Source: Candidatus Daviesbacteria bacterium
Lineage (GTDB): Bacteria; Patescibacteriota; Microgenomatia; Daviesbacterales; UBA10151
DNA length: 64,000 nucleotides
Assembly: GCA_016176405.1 (NCBI GenBank)
Contig: JACOXG010000010.1
Coordinates: forward strand, 33,078 to 97,077
Direction: 5' to 3'
Shown here: positions 1 to 9,663 of the stretch, piece by piece
Layout of the letters: every line of letters begins with the position of its first letter
How positions within the stretch are numbered: the stretch's first letter is position 1
Translations under genes and position numbers: made by a program
Notes under the pieces: generated by a model
What the model was told of the DNA's origin: nothing
Databases searched by the model: none
The model's input: the letters and a program-made list of their open reading frames with translations, nothing else

Positions 1-701
1 GTTTTGACTATTCTCAAATGGAACTTAAGATTTTATTTTTTTATCTAAACAATGATGAAGCTAGACAATATTTGAGTGATCCAGACTGGGATGGGCATTC
101 TTGGGTGGCCACTAAAATTTGGGGGATTTCAGATAAAGATCCTAGTTTTCCAGCTTTCCGAAAATTAGCCAAGGCTATAAACTTTGGAATTATATACGGA
201 GAAGGTGATAGACTATTAGCGGCTCAACTAGGGAAGACTGTTAACGAAGCTAAGAAGTTTAGAGAAGAGTATTATGCTAAAATTCCTGGAATAAGAGATC
301 TGATTAATGGGATTCATAAAAAGGTACAGACTAGAGGATATGTTTTCAATTACTTTGGACGGAGATATTATGCAGACCAAGACAGAGAATATGTTTTATT
401 AAATTATTTAATCCAAGGAACGAGCGCTGATTTAATTAAAAATAGAATGGTGGCGATTGATAATGATTTAGAATTAAGGTCTATTGGACTAAAGCTAATC
501 TTACAAATTCATGATGAACTAATTTTTGAATGTCCAAAAGATAAGATTGATTATTCAGTTAAACTAGTTAAACAGATTCTAGAATTTCCAGTTCTAAAGG
601 TTCCATTGGCCTCTAAAGCATATATTCACTATCCTAGTTTGGCTAGTAAATTTGATTATGGATTAAATTGGAGAGATAATGCTGGACTTTCAATCAATTG
701 A
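1..701 (+). CDS. polA: DNA polymerase family A, C-terminal part (5'-truncated by window edge)
   Basis: Frame is open from nt 3 (FDYSQMEL = motif A); motif B RKLAKAINFGIIYG; NYLIQGTSAD; motif C QIHDE. Confidence 0.95.
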   Translation, partial: FDYSQMELKILFFYLNNDEARQYLSDPDWDGHSWVATKIWGISDKDPSFPAFRKLAKAINFGIIYGEGDRLLAAQLGKTVNEAKKFREEYYAKIPGIRDLINGIHKKVQTRGYVFNYFGRRYYADQDREYVLLNYLIQGTSADLIKNRMVAIDNDLELRSIGLKLILQIHDELIFECPKDKIDYSVKLVKQILEFPVLKVPLASKAYIHYPSLASKFDYGLNWRDNAGLSIN

Positions 702-1566
702 TTCTGCCTATACTGAGATATTAAACATCTTAGATAAAGACGGATTTTTAAATAAGAGACGAAATGGAGAAGTAAAAGAATGCTATCATTTAATGATGTG
801 TTTGTCTAATCCAAGACACAGAGTAATTCAAAATTCAAGCAGAAAGATAAGTCTATCAATGTTAGTCGGAGAATTTTTTTGGATTTTGTTTGGTAGAGAT
901 GATTTGGATTTTATATCCTTCTATAATTCAAAAATGATTGAATACTCCGATAATGGAAAGTCTTTATTTGGGGCATATGGAAAGCGTTTGACTAGTCAAT
1001 GGTCTGGAGTTATAGAAAGAATCTTATCTGATAAACTAACTAGACAGGCAGTATTACCGATTATAGATAAAAGTGACTCTACGGCTATGACTAAAGATTT
1101 TCCATGTAATAATCTTCTTCATTTTTGGAGTCAAGACGGCACTAGTCTAAATTTAACCGTGTATATTAGATCTCAGGATATGTTTTTAGGATTTCCGTAT
1201 GATGTTTTTCATTGGACAATGTTTTTAGAGAACATGGCTATGACTTGTAATATGAGACTTGGGAAATACTATCATATAATGCAAAATTGTCATTATTACA
1301 TTAAAGACTATGAAAAAGTTCAGTTGATAAAACAAGCTAATAGTTTTGTTAGTTTACCAATGAACTCTATATTAGAAAGTTGTTTTGATAAGTCTGTAGA
1401 AAATAGACTAATAGAATCAGAATCAAAAACTCGGCAGAACGGGGTTTATGTAAACTTATTCGATGAAAAGTCAATTTGGTCAGACTTTATAAAAATAGTT
1501 CAGCATAGAAAAAGCAATAAAAAAGTTTCTTTATTTGATGGAGCTTTAACTAATGTCTATAGATAG
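679..1566 (+). CDS. Thymidylate synthase-family protein, probably dCMP-specific (dCMP hydroxymethylase/methylase-like)
   Basis: AYGKR, TRQA, catalytic PC (DFPCN), RSQD, GFPYD with Asp at the dUMP-specifying Asn position, HYY. Confidence 0.8.
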   Translation: MLDFQSIDSAYTEILNILDKDGFLNKRRNGEVKECYHLMMCLSNPRHRVIQNSSRKISLSMLVGEFFWILFGRDDLDFISFYNSKMIEYSDNGKSLFGAYGKRLTSQWSGVIERILSDKLTRQAVLPIIDKSDSTAMTKDFPCNNLLHFWSQDGTSLNLTVYIRSQDMFLGFPYDVFHWTMFLENMAMTCNMRLGKYYHIMQNCHYYIKDYEKVQLIKQANSFVSLPMNSILESCFDKSVENRLIESESKTRQNGVYVNLFDEKSIWSDFIKIVQHRKSNKKVSLFDGALTNVYR

Positions 1567-1897
1567 ATTATTCAAAGATCAAGTTAGATTTACAGATAAG
1601 ATCATTAATGATTTAAGTGTGAATGTATCTAAAACTGAGTTAATAAAAGAATATTTGCTGTCTTTGCATGATGAACTATCAGAAATTCTTCATTGCACAA
1701 ATTGGAAATGGCATAGAGAAGATTACGGATCAGACATAGACTATGAGAATTTATATGTGGAATTAATAGACACACAAAAGTTTTTATGGGGGCTGATGCA
1801 TATTTGTGGAATGGACATAAATAAGTTTGAAGAAGTGTATGATAAGAAAAGTAAAATTGTAGAAGAGCGTTTAATGAAATTGAAAGGGAAACAATAG
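1553..1897 (+). CDS. All-alpha NTP pyrophosphatase (dimeric dUTPase/dCTPase-like)
   Basis: DELSE...NWKWH...ELID..KF pattern; lies between two thymidylate-synthase genes. Confidence 0.7.
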   Translation: MSIDRLFKDQVRFTDKIINDLSVNVSKTELIKEYLLSLHDELSEILHCTNWKWHREDYGSDIDYENLYVELIDTQKFLWGLMHICGMDINKFEEVYDKKSKIVEERLMKLKGKQ

Positions 1898-2680
1898 TTG
1901 AGTCAATTAATTCTACCTAAGGTATTCATCATAGGAGAGTCTAAGATTGATTCTGTTGGTTTGCAACAATTATTAAACCATTTGAGTGTTCCTGCATGGA
2001 AATCAGATGCTGACACCGATGTAGAAAAACTTCTGGAAGTCTATGGAAGGGCTTGCTATAAGTCATTTGATGTTATTCTAAATCCTAATTTAACTCGTGT
2101 AAGAAAGCACAATGATGAATACATAAAGAACATTATAGAAAAAGGAGACGGTAGTGTATTAGAACATGGTATGATTAATTTCTTTTTTGCTGATGTGAGT
2201 AGAGTTTTTACCCATGAGTTAGTTAGGCATCGTGTCGGAACAGCCATAAGTCAAGAGAGCTTAAGATTTGTTAGATTGACAGATTTGAACTGGTACGCCC
2301 CAATTTGTATTCAAGAGGATGTTCAGGCTATGGAGATTTTTTCAAGGACACTCAATAGTTTAAGTCAACTTCAAAAAGACTTGGCAGACCTATATAATAT
2401 AGATAACATGTCTTTTGAGAAGAAAAAGGAATTAACTTCAGCTTTTAGACGTCTTGCCCCTGATGGGTTAGCTACAAATATCGGGTGGTCTGCAAATATT
2501 AGAACAATTAGACATGTATTGGAGATGAGGACTAATCCCTCAGCTGAGGAAGAAATCCGATTAGTCTTTTCTCAAGTAGGAAAACTAATGAGGGAAAGAT
2601 ATAAGACGTTGTTTGATGACTATGAGACCGAGATTGTTAATGGAATTGATTGGTACAAAACTAAACATAGAAAAGTATAA
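1898..2680 (+). CDS. thyX: Flavin-dependent thymidylate synthase
   Basis: SVLEH, THELVRHR-x7-SLRF ThyX motif, AEEEIR. Confidence 0.95.
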   Translation: MSQLILPKVFIIGESKIDSVGLQQLLNHLSVPAWKSDADTDVEKLLEVYGRACYKSFDVILNPNLTRVRKHNDEYIKNIIEKGDGSVLEHGMINFFFADVSRVFTHELVRHRVGTAISQESLRFVRLTDLNWYAPICIQEDVQAMEIFSRTLNSLSQLQKDLADLYNIDNMSFEKKKELTSAFRRLAPDGLATNIGWSANIRTIRHVLEMRTNPSAEEEIRLVFSQVGKLMRERYKTLFDDYETEIVNGIDWYKTKHRKV

Positions 2681-2692
2681 GGAGATCTAGAA

Positions 2693-2923
2693 TTGCAAGA
2701 GCCATTAAGTTTTGAAAAAATAATTACTGACTGTAGAGAGAAGCTGACTAAACTTCAAGCCACACTCGAGAGTGTACATCAAATAATATTGACCATATCT
2801 CAGTCTTATTACTGGACTCCTGAATGGCAAGCCAAAGAGAAACGAGCAGACGAGGATGCTCGGGCTGGAAGGTCAAAACAGTTCAAATCTGCCGAAGAAT
2901 TGATCAGGGAGTTGAAGTCATAG
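2693..2923 (+). CDS. Orphan antitoxin-like protein
   Basis: QSYYWTPEWQAKEKRADEDARAGR..F.SAEELI resembles the C-terminus of type II antitoxins. Confidence 0.55.
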   Translation: MQEPLSFEKIITDCREKLTKLQATLESVHQIILTISQSYYWTPEWQAKEKRADEDARAGRSKQFKSAEELIRELKS

Positions 2924-2926
2924 TCT

Positions 2927-3094
2927 ATGCCCGAGTGGACATTGGGGAGCTCAGATGGCTTCAAGGCTGATTATAAGGCAAAGCCACCGATGTTCAGCCG
3001 AGGAAATATGAATAAGGCTCAAATGATTGATGATGTAGAAGATGCTATAAGCATTCTTATATGTGCTTTATTGAGGAATAACCATGGTAAATAG
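2927..3094 (+). pseudogene. Possible remnant of a RelE/ParE-like toxin (55-codon ORF)
   Basis: MPEWTLGSSDGFKADYKAKPP resembles a RelE N-terminus; starts 3 nt after the antitoxin stop, then diverges. Confidence 0.3.
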
Positions 3095-3563
3095 ACCTTC
3101 ATGGGATGATTACTTCTTGGGGATTGCTAAAGTTGTAAGTAGCAGGGCTTCATGCCCTAGGGCAAGCTCAGGATGTGTTTTAGTTCTAGATAAGAGAATT
3201 TTGTCTACAGGTTATAATGGGGCTCCTGTTGGAGAAAAGACGTGTTTAGATATAGGATGTAATGTAAAAGACAGACATTGTGTCAGGGCAGTACATGGCG
3301 AAAGAAATGCCATTTTGTGGGCTGAAAAATATTTTTCAGTAAAGCAACTAAAGGAAGCGACTTTGTACGAATACTATGCAGCTCATAGCGATGAATCAGT
3401 AAAGAATTATTATCCTTCTCAAGATTCTGTAGAGTCATTAGACTTTTTTCCGTGCAAACCATGTAAAGAATTGATGTTAGATAGAAAAATCAAAGAAGTA
3501 ATTTGTCAATATGGGAATGGAATTATAAAAGTCTATAAGAACTATCATATTGGAGAAAAGTAA
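3084..3563 (+). CDS. dCMP deaminase
   Basis: RPSWDDYF, STGYNG, HGE and PCKPC zinc ligands. Confidence 0.92.
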   Translation: MVNRPSWDDYFLGIAKVVSSRASCPRASSGCVLVLDKRILSTGYNGAPVGEKTCLDIGCNVKDRHCVRAVHGERNAILWAEKYFSVKQLKEATLYEYYAAHSDESVKNYYPSQDSVESLDFFPCKPCKELMLDRKIKEVICQYGNGIIKVYKNYHIGEK

Positions 3564-3707
3564 AATGGGAAATATTCAAGATTTATCTATTTATGATCCA
3601 GATATTTGGCTTAAGATGTGTGTGACTTTAAAGATTGAGCTGCCAGACGAGGTTTGGAAAAAGTATATAGATGGCCTATATCCTAGTTTATTTTTTAGGG
3701 GGTAGAA

Positions 3708-3911
3708 ATGTCGCAAGCTTATAAGTGTGATATGTGTAAATGTTTATTTGATTATAGACCAACAAGAGAATTAGAGTTTTCAGAGCATTACGGGCCAGAG
3801 CCTGATGCTAAGAGAGTTCATGCAATAGCTGAAATGAGAGGTGATTATTGTAGAGATTGCTTAGCGGAGATTTTAAGAAATAAGATAAATTATTTGGGAA
3901 GACAAAAATGA
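3708..3911 (+). CDS. Small Cys-rich hypothetical protein
   Basis: CDMC...CRDC; purine-rich RBS-like sequence upstream. Confidence 0.5.
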   Translation: MSQAYKCDMCKCLFDYRPTRELEFSEHYGPEPDAKRVHAIAEMRGDYCRDCLAEILRNKINYLGRQK

Positions 3912-3975
3912 AAGAAAAGATTGGTAAAAAGCTAAATTTTGACCCATTATTCGGAGAAGACGGGGAGTAAATAAA

Positions 3976-4188
3976 TTGGCAAAAATTTCTCAGCAACTTT
4001 CTTTTACATTTAGAATCGGGGTAGATCAAAAAGGTCAATTTGCCAAAGTCACAGTACAAATTGATGAAATAGATACAGAATTACCAATAAAGGAGCAATT
4101 AGAGAAAGTTGATGGCGCTCTAGATAAAGTCTGGGCATACATAAAGAAGAAAGTTGATGCCCAGATAGATGAAGTATTAGATAATTGA
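3976..4188 (+). CDS. Hypothetical protein
   Basis: GGGGAG RBS, TTG start, abuts next gene. Confidence 0.6.
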   Translation: MAKISQQLSFTFRIGVDQKGQFAKVTVQIDEIDTELPIKEQLEKVDGALDKVWAYIKKKVDAQIDEVLDN

Positions 4189-5004
4189 ATGAAATCTTAT
4201 TCTTTGTTAAATATAACTGGGAATAAGAGAAGCATAGCAGACCAAATTTTTTCTATTTTACCATTAGATTGTTCAGGATTAACTTATGTTGATCCATTTT
4301 TTGGGTCTGGAGGAGCATATTTCAATGTCTCAAGAAATTTTTTAAGCTATGAGTGTTCTGATTTATTTCCGCTTATTATAAATTTTATATGCCAAGATTT
4401 TTCAAATGAAATTTTAAGCGATTATTATAACAAAGTAACACAAAAATGGGACTTCCATAATAAAGATGCTTATTATAATTTTAGAGAATTTTGGAATGAA
4501 AATAGAGAAAAAGGTCCTAGAATTAAATATATAGGTTTTATGCTTTTAGCGGGAGCATGTATTAATGGTCTATATAGATTTGGCCCAAATGGTTTTAATC
4601 AGTCGTATGGAAATAGGATAATGAAGAAAGAACAACTTTTAGACTATAAGAAACATATTAAGTCTAATAGTAGTTTTTCAATAAAGAATTTTTTAGACAT
4701 AGTCCCGTCTAAAACTTCAGTATTGTATTTAGACCCCCCATATTCTGATACAGGGGCTTTAACTCAAATGTTTGGATTTTGGGAATTGGGTTTGGCGCAA
4801 GATTTAAATCTTATAAGACTAATTAAGTCTCAAGATGAGTGTAACGGTAAGTTTATTCTTAGCACTATTAAAAATTCTTTTTTACATAATGAATTAAAAG
4901 ACACATTTAGAAATATTGACATAAAGAAAACTTATAAAGTAAGTGTAGGAAAGCATTTAGCTTCGTCTCATGAAGAAATTATAGTTACAAATCTAGGAGA
5001 TTAA
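4189..5004 (+). CDS. dam: DNA adenine methyltransferase (Dam/D12 class)
   Basis: GNKR, DPFFGSG SAM motif, INGLYR..FN..YG, YLDPPY. Confidence 0.85.
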   Translation: MKSYSLLNITGNKRSIADQIFSILPLDCSGLTYVDPFFGSGGAYFNVSRNFLSYECSDLFPLIINFICQDFSNEILSDYYNKVTQKWDFHNKDAYYNFREFWNENREKGPRIKYIGFMLLAGACINGLYRFGPNGFNQSYGNRIMKKEQLLDYKKHIKSNSSFSIKNFLDIVPSKTSVLYLDPPYSDTGALTQMFGFWELGLAQDLNLIRLIKSQDECNGKFILSTIKNSFLHNELKDTFRNIDIKKTYKVSVGKHLASSHEEIIVTNLGD

Positions 5005-5006
5005 TC

Positions 5007-5942
5007 TTGTCGAAGAAGAATGATTCAATAGAAGAATTGCTAAAAAACGGCTTAATGAAATATGGCTCCGATAAGAGTTTGTTATTCGATAGGGTAGCAT
5101 TTGGGATAGAGTCGTTAGACAAGCTAGTAGGCGGCGGGATACCTAAAAAGAGAATGTCATTGTTTACTGGCCCCCCAAGTTCAGGGAAATCATATTTAGC
5201 ATCACAAGCTGTAGTTAGTGAACAAAAGAATGGTGGAGTAGCAGCTTGGATAGATACGGAGTTATCTTGGGATCCAGTTTGGATGGAAAGATGTGGGGTT
5301 GATATTGATAAAATTTATTTAGTTCAGCCGACAACAGGAGAAGAAGCATTTGATACGATTAAAGTGTTAATGAATGAAAAAGTAGGAGTTATTGTTCTAG
5401 ACAGTATTGCAGGAATAGTCCCGACAGCGGTGCAAGAAGAAGATTTTTCATACAATCCTGTAGCATGGCAGGCTAGGTTTGTTAATCAATCTATTCCTAA
5501 ACTATTTCCTTCATTAAAGAACGGGTCAGCCTTAATCGTAATAAATCAAGTCCGTTCTAGTCTTGGGCCCGTGTCATTAGATAATATGCCAGGAGGAGTG
5601 GCACAGCAATTCTTTGCACATTTCATATTGCAGATTAGGCGAGAAGGCTGGATAGAAGATGCTGATAAAAACAAGATGGGGTTTGACATAAAAATAAGTT
5701 GTAAGAAAAGTAAGGTTGGAGGACAGCCGTATCAATCTTGCACAGTCCCATTTAGACTAGAAGGTGGGATTGATCTTTTGGAAACTGTCATCAGAGAAGC
5801 ATTAGACAAAGGTATAATAGAACAAGCTAGGGCTTGGTTTAAATGGGGAGATCTTAAAGTGATTGGGATGAAAGGAGTTAAAGAATATTTGATAAATAAT
5901 CCAGATAAAAAATTAGAGTTGGAAAGTTTAATCAAAGAATAG
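5007..5942 (+). CDS. recA: RecA/UvsX-like recombinase
   Basis: LDKLVGGGIP, Walker A GPPSSGKS, IDTE, VLDSIA, QAR, INQVR. Confidence 0.93.
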   Translation: MSKKNDSIEELLKNGLMKYGSDKSLLFDRVAFGIESLDKLVGGGIPKKRMSLFTGPPSSGKSYLASQAVVSEQKNGGVAAWIDTELSWDPVWMERCGVDIDKIYLVQPTTGEEAFDTIKVLMNEKVGVIVLDSIAGIVPTAVQEEDFSYNPVAWQARFVNQSIPKLFPSLKNGSALIVINQVRSSLGPVSLDNMPGGVAQQFFAHFILQIRREGWIEDADKNKMGFDIKISCKKSKVGGQPYQSCTVPFRLEGGIDLLETVIREALDKGIIEQARAWFKWGDLKVIGMKGVKEYLINNPDKKLELESLIKE

Positions 5943-6130
5943 AATTAAATATGACTTGTCAATCTTGTAGTGGAAAGCTTACAGCGGTTAAGTCACTGCT
6001 GGAATCTAATGATTTTACTGCAGTAGTTTTCTATAAAAGAATTGATAATAATAATAAGTATCCAATATATTGGTGGTATGATTGCTATTTGTGGGGCAGT
6101 TATTTGGACAATAATTGGGAGTTTATATAA

Positions 6131-6457
6131 ATGAATGGAAAAGGCTGGGTATTAAAATCTGCTGTCATGGAAGCTACTAAGTCATTACCTTTAAGAGGAT
6201 GGATAGAAAGTCAGCCATATAAGAATTCAATTCCATGTATAGTCCAGCCAGGAAAGAAAACAACTAGATTAATTAAAGAAAATGAAATGGCAGTAGAGAT
6301 TATGCCTACTTGGGGGAAGTGTGTGTTAGTTGTGCCAAGAGAAGCTGTAGATATAGAGGTTCATTTAAAATCAGTGTCTATTCCATATAATCTATATTTA
6401 GAAGTGTCAAGATATGTTGGATTGGGGAAGTGTATAGGTGACAAAAGAGGTGGATGA
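6131..6457 (+). CDS. Hypothetical protein
   Basis: ORF with GGAG RBS in co-oriented cluster. Confidence 0.55.
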   Translation: MNGKGWVLKSAVMEATKSLPLRGWIESQPYKNSIPCIVQPGKKTTRLIKENEMAVEIMPTWGKCVLVVPREAVDIEVHLKSVSIPYNLYLEVSRYVGLGKCIGDKRGG

Positions 6458-6541
6458 ATAGATGATAGAGATTGTAATAATAACGTGTCTGGGTTTTACG
6501 GTAGGCGTGCTTTTGAGTAAGTTAGCTAGCACTAAATATAA

Positions 6542-6844
6542 ATGATAGCTAAAGACCATACCAAGCAAGAAAATCTTATTGCTGATGTATTATCAAATCT
6601 TGGAATTAGATATGTGCAACAATACAATATAGGTCAATATACCGTAGATTTATTTTTGCCAGAATTAAATTATGTGATTGAGGCAGACGGAGTGTACGGT
6701 CATTTTAAGAAGGGAGATATAAAAAGAGACTTTATATTAGTATCAGACTTTGGAATAGACAAGGTAATTCATACTACTGAGAATACATATGCGGATATTC
6801 TTAAAAGGATAAAAGAAGAATGCCTGGAATTAGAAGACTCTTAG
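6542..6844 (+). CDS. DUF559/Vsr-like endonuclease
   Basis: QYNIGQYTVDLF...VIEADG..H. Confidence 0.75.
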   Translation: MIAKDHTKQENLIADVLSNLGIRYVQQYNIGQYTVDLFLPELNYVIEADGVYGHFKKGDIKRDFILVSDFGIDKVIHTTENTYADILKRIKEECLELEDS

Positions 6845-7548
6845 GAGAAATATCTTCCAAACTAGTAAAAGAAGCAACCCCAAAAGATTCGTGGCTGATA
6901 AAAAAATTAGATGATTCTTTAGCAGCAATTCCTAATAGGCAATCTAGTGGGGGGGTATTTTATCCTTCTTCATTGGGGAGTAAGTGCGATAGATTTCTCT
7001 ATTATCATTATAGAGGTCTAATTCCACAAGAGCCAATTAGTGCAAAATTAAGAAGAATTTTTGATCATGGTAATGTTACTCAGGATAGGTATCAAAAATA
7101 TTTTGAAAAATTACGAGTTTTAATTTCTTGTGAGTTACAATTAAAATATTCTAATCCGCCAATTTCAGGTAGAGCAGATTTTATTCTTCAATATGCTGAT
7201 GAAGAAGGAAAGAAAGACCCAATAACAGGTATTATTAGATACACATTTGAAAATTATATTTTGGAGTTTAAGACAATAAATGATACTGGCTTTAAGAAAT
7301 TAACAAAAGCAACCCCAGACCACGAAGCACAGTTACAATGCTATTTGAACATAGCAAATTTAACTAAGGGCGGGGTACTATATGAGAATAAAGATAATCA
7401 GGATTTGAAGCTATTTTCAACAGAACGGAATGTTGAATGGTGGAATACTATACTGGATAGGTGCAGAAAAGTAATGAATTTGCAAATTCCTCCAGAAATT
7501 GTTGAGCCACATGATAAGTATTGTAAATGCTTGTTAGTGAAAGGATAA
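6820..7548 (+). CDS. Cas4-like PD-(D/E)XK exonuclease
   Basis: PSSLG.KCDR, ISGRADF, LEFKT, QLQCY, C-terminal Cys cluster. Confidence 0.8.
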   Translation: MPGIRRLLGEISSKLVKEATPKDSWLIKKLDDSLAAIPNRQSSGGVFYPSSLGSKCDRFLYYHYRGLIPQEPISAKLRRIFDHGNVTQDRYQKYFEKLRVLISCELQLKYSNPPISGRADFILQYADEEGKKDPITGIIRYTFENYILEFKTINDTGFKKLTKATPDHEAQLQCYLNIANLTKGGVLYENKDNQDLKLFSTERNVEWWNTILDRCRKVMNLQIPPEIVEPHDKYCKCLLVKG

Positions 7549-7549
7549 G

Positions 7550-7837
7550 ATGTCTAAAAAGTACACTATTGAATATTCTGTTGATATAGAGACATTGACA
7601 GAACGCGTAGTTATATTTTGTCGGGATGGTGCAGATATTTATGTTGCTTCACCGATGAGTTTTACTAAGATAGATGAGGCAGAGAGAATCATTCCTACAT
7701 TAGAGGCTCGACTTGGGGAATTAGAAGGGCTTAAAAGAAAATTAACATCTAATTCAGAAGCATTAGAAGCAGAGTTAAAAGCCACTAAGTATCATCTTGA
7801 AGATATACGAAAATTGTTGGATTTGAAAAATGGGTAA
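7550..7837 (+). CDS. Hypothetical protein
   Basis: Translationally coupled ORF. Confidence 0.55.
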   Translation: MSKKYTIEYSVDIETLTERVVIFCRDGADIYVASPMSFTKIDEAERIIPTLEARLGELEGLKRKLTSNSEALEAELKATKYHLEDIRKLLDLKNG

Positions 7838-8483
7838 TGATAAACTTTTACCTAACCAAGTCTATGTAGTAGACAAAAATACAAAGGCGAAATGGATTTA
7901 TGATATAGATCCAGAAGACTTTGACTTGATTGCTACTCGTGGCGTGAGAGATGAGTATGGAAATATAACCTTAGAAACTCCATATTTAGCTGCATTGAAA
8001 TATTGGACAGTAGAGAAAGCAATGAATACAGCTGACTTGTATGTAAAGGATTTAAATGTTCCGTCTATTGATATAAAGATAAAGGAAAAGCCTCCAGTAG
8101 ATTTATCTCAATTGCACAATAGCACTAATGACCAATTAGCAGAATATCTAGCATTTTTTGGGGGTTATCGAGCATATTTGGAGACCCAGTTATCTTATGT
8201 AGAGGCAAAGAAAGGTATATTAGAATCTTCATTTGAAGAGGGGCTTTCTAAGATGTTTTATACTCTTGGGGATAAGTATAAAGATAGCAAAAAGCCATTG
8301 AAAGAAGCAATGCATGGAGAAAGTATGCAAATGAATCCATCATTGAAAAAGATAAAGCAAACTCTAATAGAGACGGAGGCTATATATAATAGAATACGTG
8401 GACTTAGAGATTCATACAAGGTGGCATGGGATACAGTTAGTAGAGTAATAGCATTAAGACTGGGGTCTAAGGAAGGAGTATAA
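7830..8483 (+). CDS. Hypothetical helical protein (possibly UvsY-like recombination mediator)
   Basis: Coiled-coil C-terminal half near RecA and nucleases; function inferred from context only. Confidence 0.45.
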   Translation: MGNDKLLPNQVYVVDKNTKAKWIYDIDPEDFDLIATRGVRDEYGNITLETPYLAALKYWTVEKAMNTADLYVKDLNVPSIDIKIKEKPPVDLSQLHNSTNDQLAEYLAFFGGYRAYLETQLSYVEAKKGILESSFEEGLSKMFYTLGDKYKDSKKPLKEAMHGESMQMNPSLKKIKQTLIETEAIYNRIRGLRDSYKVAWDTVSRVIALRLGSKEGV

Positions 8484-8755
8484 GTATTTATATGACTGAG
8501 GATGGGAGCGGCAAGAATTATAGACTTTATGAAGATCTTTTAATTGCAATTGATAGGTATCTTCCAGAAGATAGTAATATTTTACCGGCAGATATTGTTG
8601 ATATAATTTTGCCTACCATTAAGAAGTCTATTGAAATTCTAGGATATTTTACATCTTGATCATGTGAGGATAGAGGAGGAGAAAAAATGAATGTTAGTTC
8701 CTCTTTCAAAAACTCTAATCGAGAAATTTGAAGATTATACCAATGGGTAGTTTTT

Positions 8756-9013
8756 ATGAATAAGCATAGGTCTTTTCTCAAAGATAGTAAATTAGTAAAT
8801 AACTGGTACTGTCCAAAATGTACAGTCTATGTGGATGTAAGACGGTATAAAGAATCAGCAAGAAATAACATGATTCTTTATGAAAGAAATGACTGTGAAA
8901 AATGCGGTATGACGCTGTATGAACTTATGCCATCATATTATTGTGTTAAATGCGGTAAGCTAGAAGTTCTAAATTCTGATTTTCTGTGCAAAGGATGTGT
9001 GACAAATGGATAA
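8756..9013 (+). CDS. Zinc-ribbon hypothetical protein
   Basis: Four CxxC pairs. Confidence 0.5.
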   Translation: MNKHRSFLKDSKLVNNWYCPKCTVYVDVRRYKESARNNMILYERNDCEKCGMTLYELMPSYYCVKCGKLEVLNSDFLCKGCVTNG

Positions 9014-9132
9014 AGAAAATTTGTTTGAAGTTGAGGATTTAATTTCATACATTGAGCTTGCCTGTGGGGCATTAAGATATGCTCAAATGCAATCAAATCA
9101 AGCTTTATGGGAAAGTATTTTGGATGACATAA

Positions 9133-9660
9133 TTGGTTCAGCTAACCAATTGCAAGAGGCTGGACTTGAAGAAAGAGAGTAATTATTACATAGGCGTAGA
9201 CTGTAGCTCCAAAAGCATTCATTGCGTTAGTCTAAATGATAGTGCGAAGATAGCTTTCATAGCCTCATTTAAAACTGATAAAGAGGGTTTAGATGAGCGC
9301 ATGTATATGTTATATGATGATCTAATAAAGTTCGTTGAAGATAATTTATACATATTTAAGCATAAGGTTATTGTAGTAGTAGAAAATTCCATTTATATTC
9401 AGAATGTGAGAGCAACAATTGGCATATCTCAAACGGTAGCAGCATCAAAGCTTGTGTTTAACAAATTTGGGGCTGCTGTTTTTGGGATTGACAATAAGTC
9501 CTGGAAAAAGGACGTATTAGCTTCTGGTAAGGCAGAGAAAAGCTTGATAAAAAAATTTGCTCTTACAAAATGGCCAGATGATTTAAATGAAACAATGGAT
9601 CAAGACTTTTTCGATGCAGCCTGTATAGCATATTACGGTTTTAGTAAGTTTGGTAAATAG
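9133..9660 (+). CDS. ruvC: RuvC-like Holliday junction resolvase
   Basis: YIGVD.SS, VVEN, WKK, G.AEK, DAACIA. Confidence 0.8.
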   Translation: MVQLTNCKRLDLKKESNYYIGVDCSSKSIHCVSLNDSAKIAFIASFKTDKEGLDERMYMLYDDLIKFVEDNLYIFKHKVIVVVENSIYIQNVRATIGISQTVAASKLVFNKFGAAVFGIDNKSWKKDVLASGKAEKSLIKKFALTKWPDDLNETMDQDFFDAACIAYYGFSKFGK

Positions 9661-9663
9661 GCG

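Noticed and set aside
679-1566. Calling this gene canonical thyA
   Set aside because: Asp replaces the dUMP-specific Asn, and a ThyX is already present
3976-4010. QQLSF as a beta-clamp binding motif
   Set aside because: Too short, and it sits in a probable beta strand; no supporting evidence
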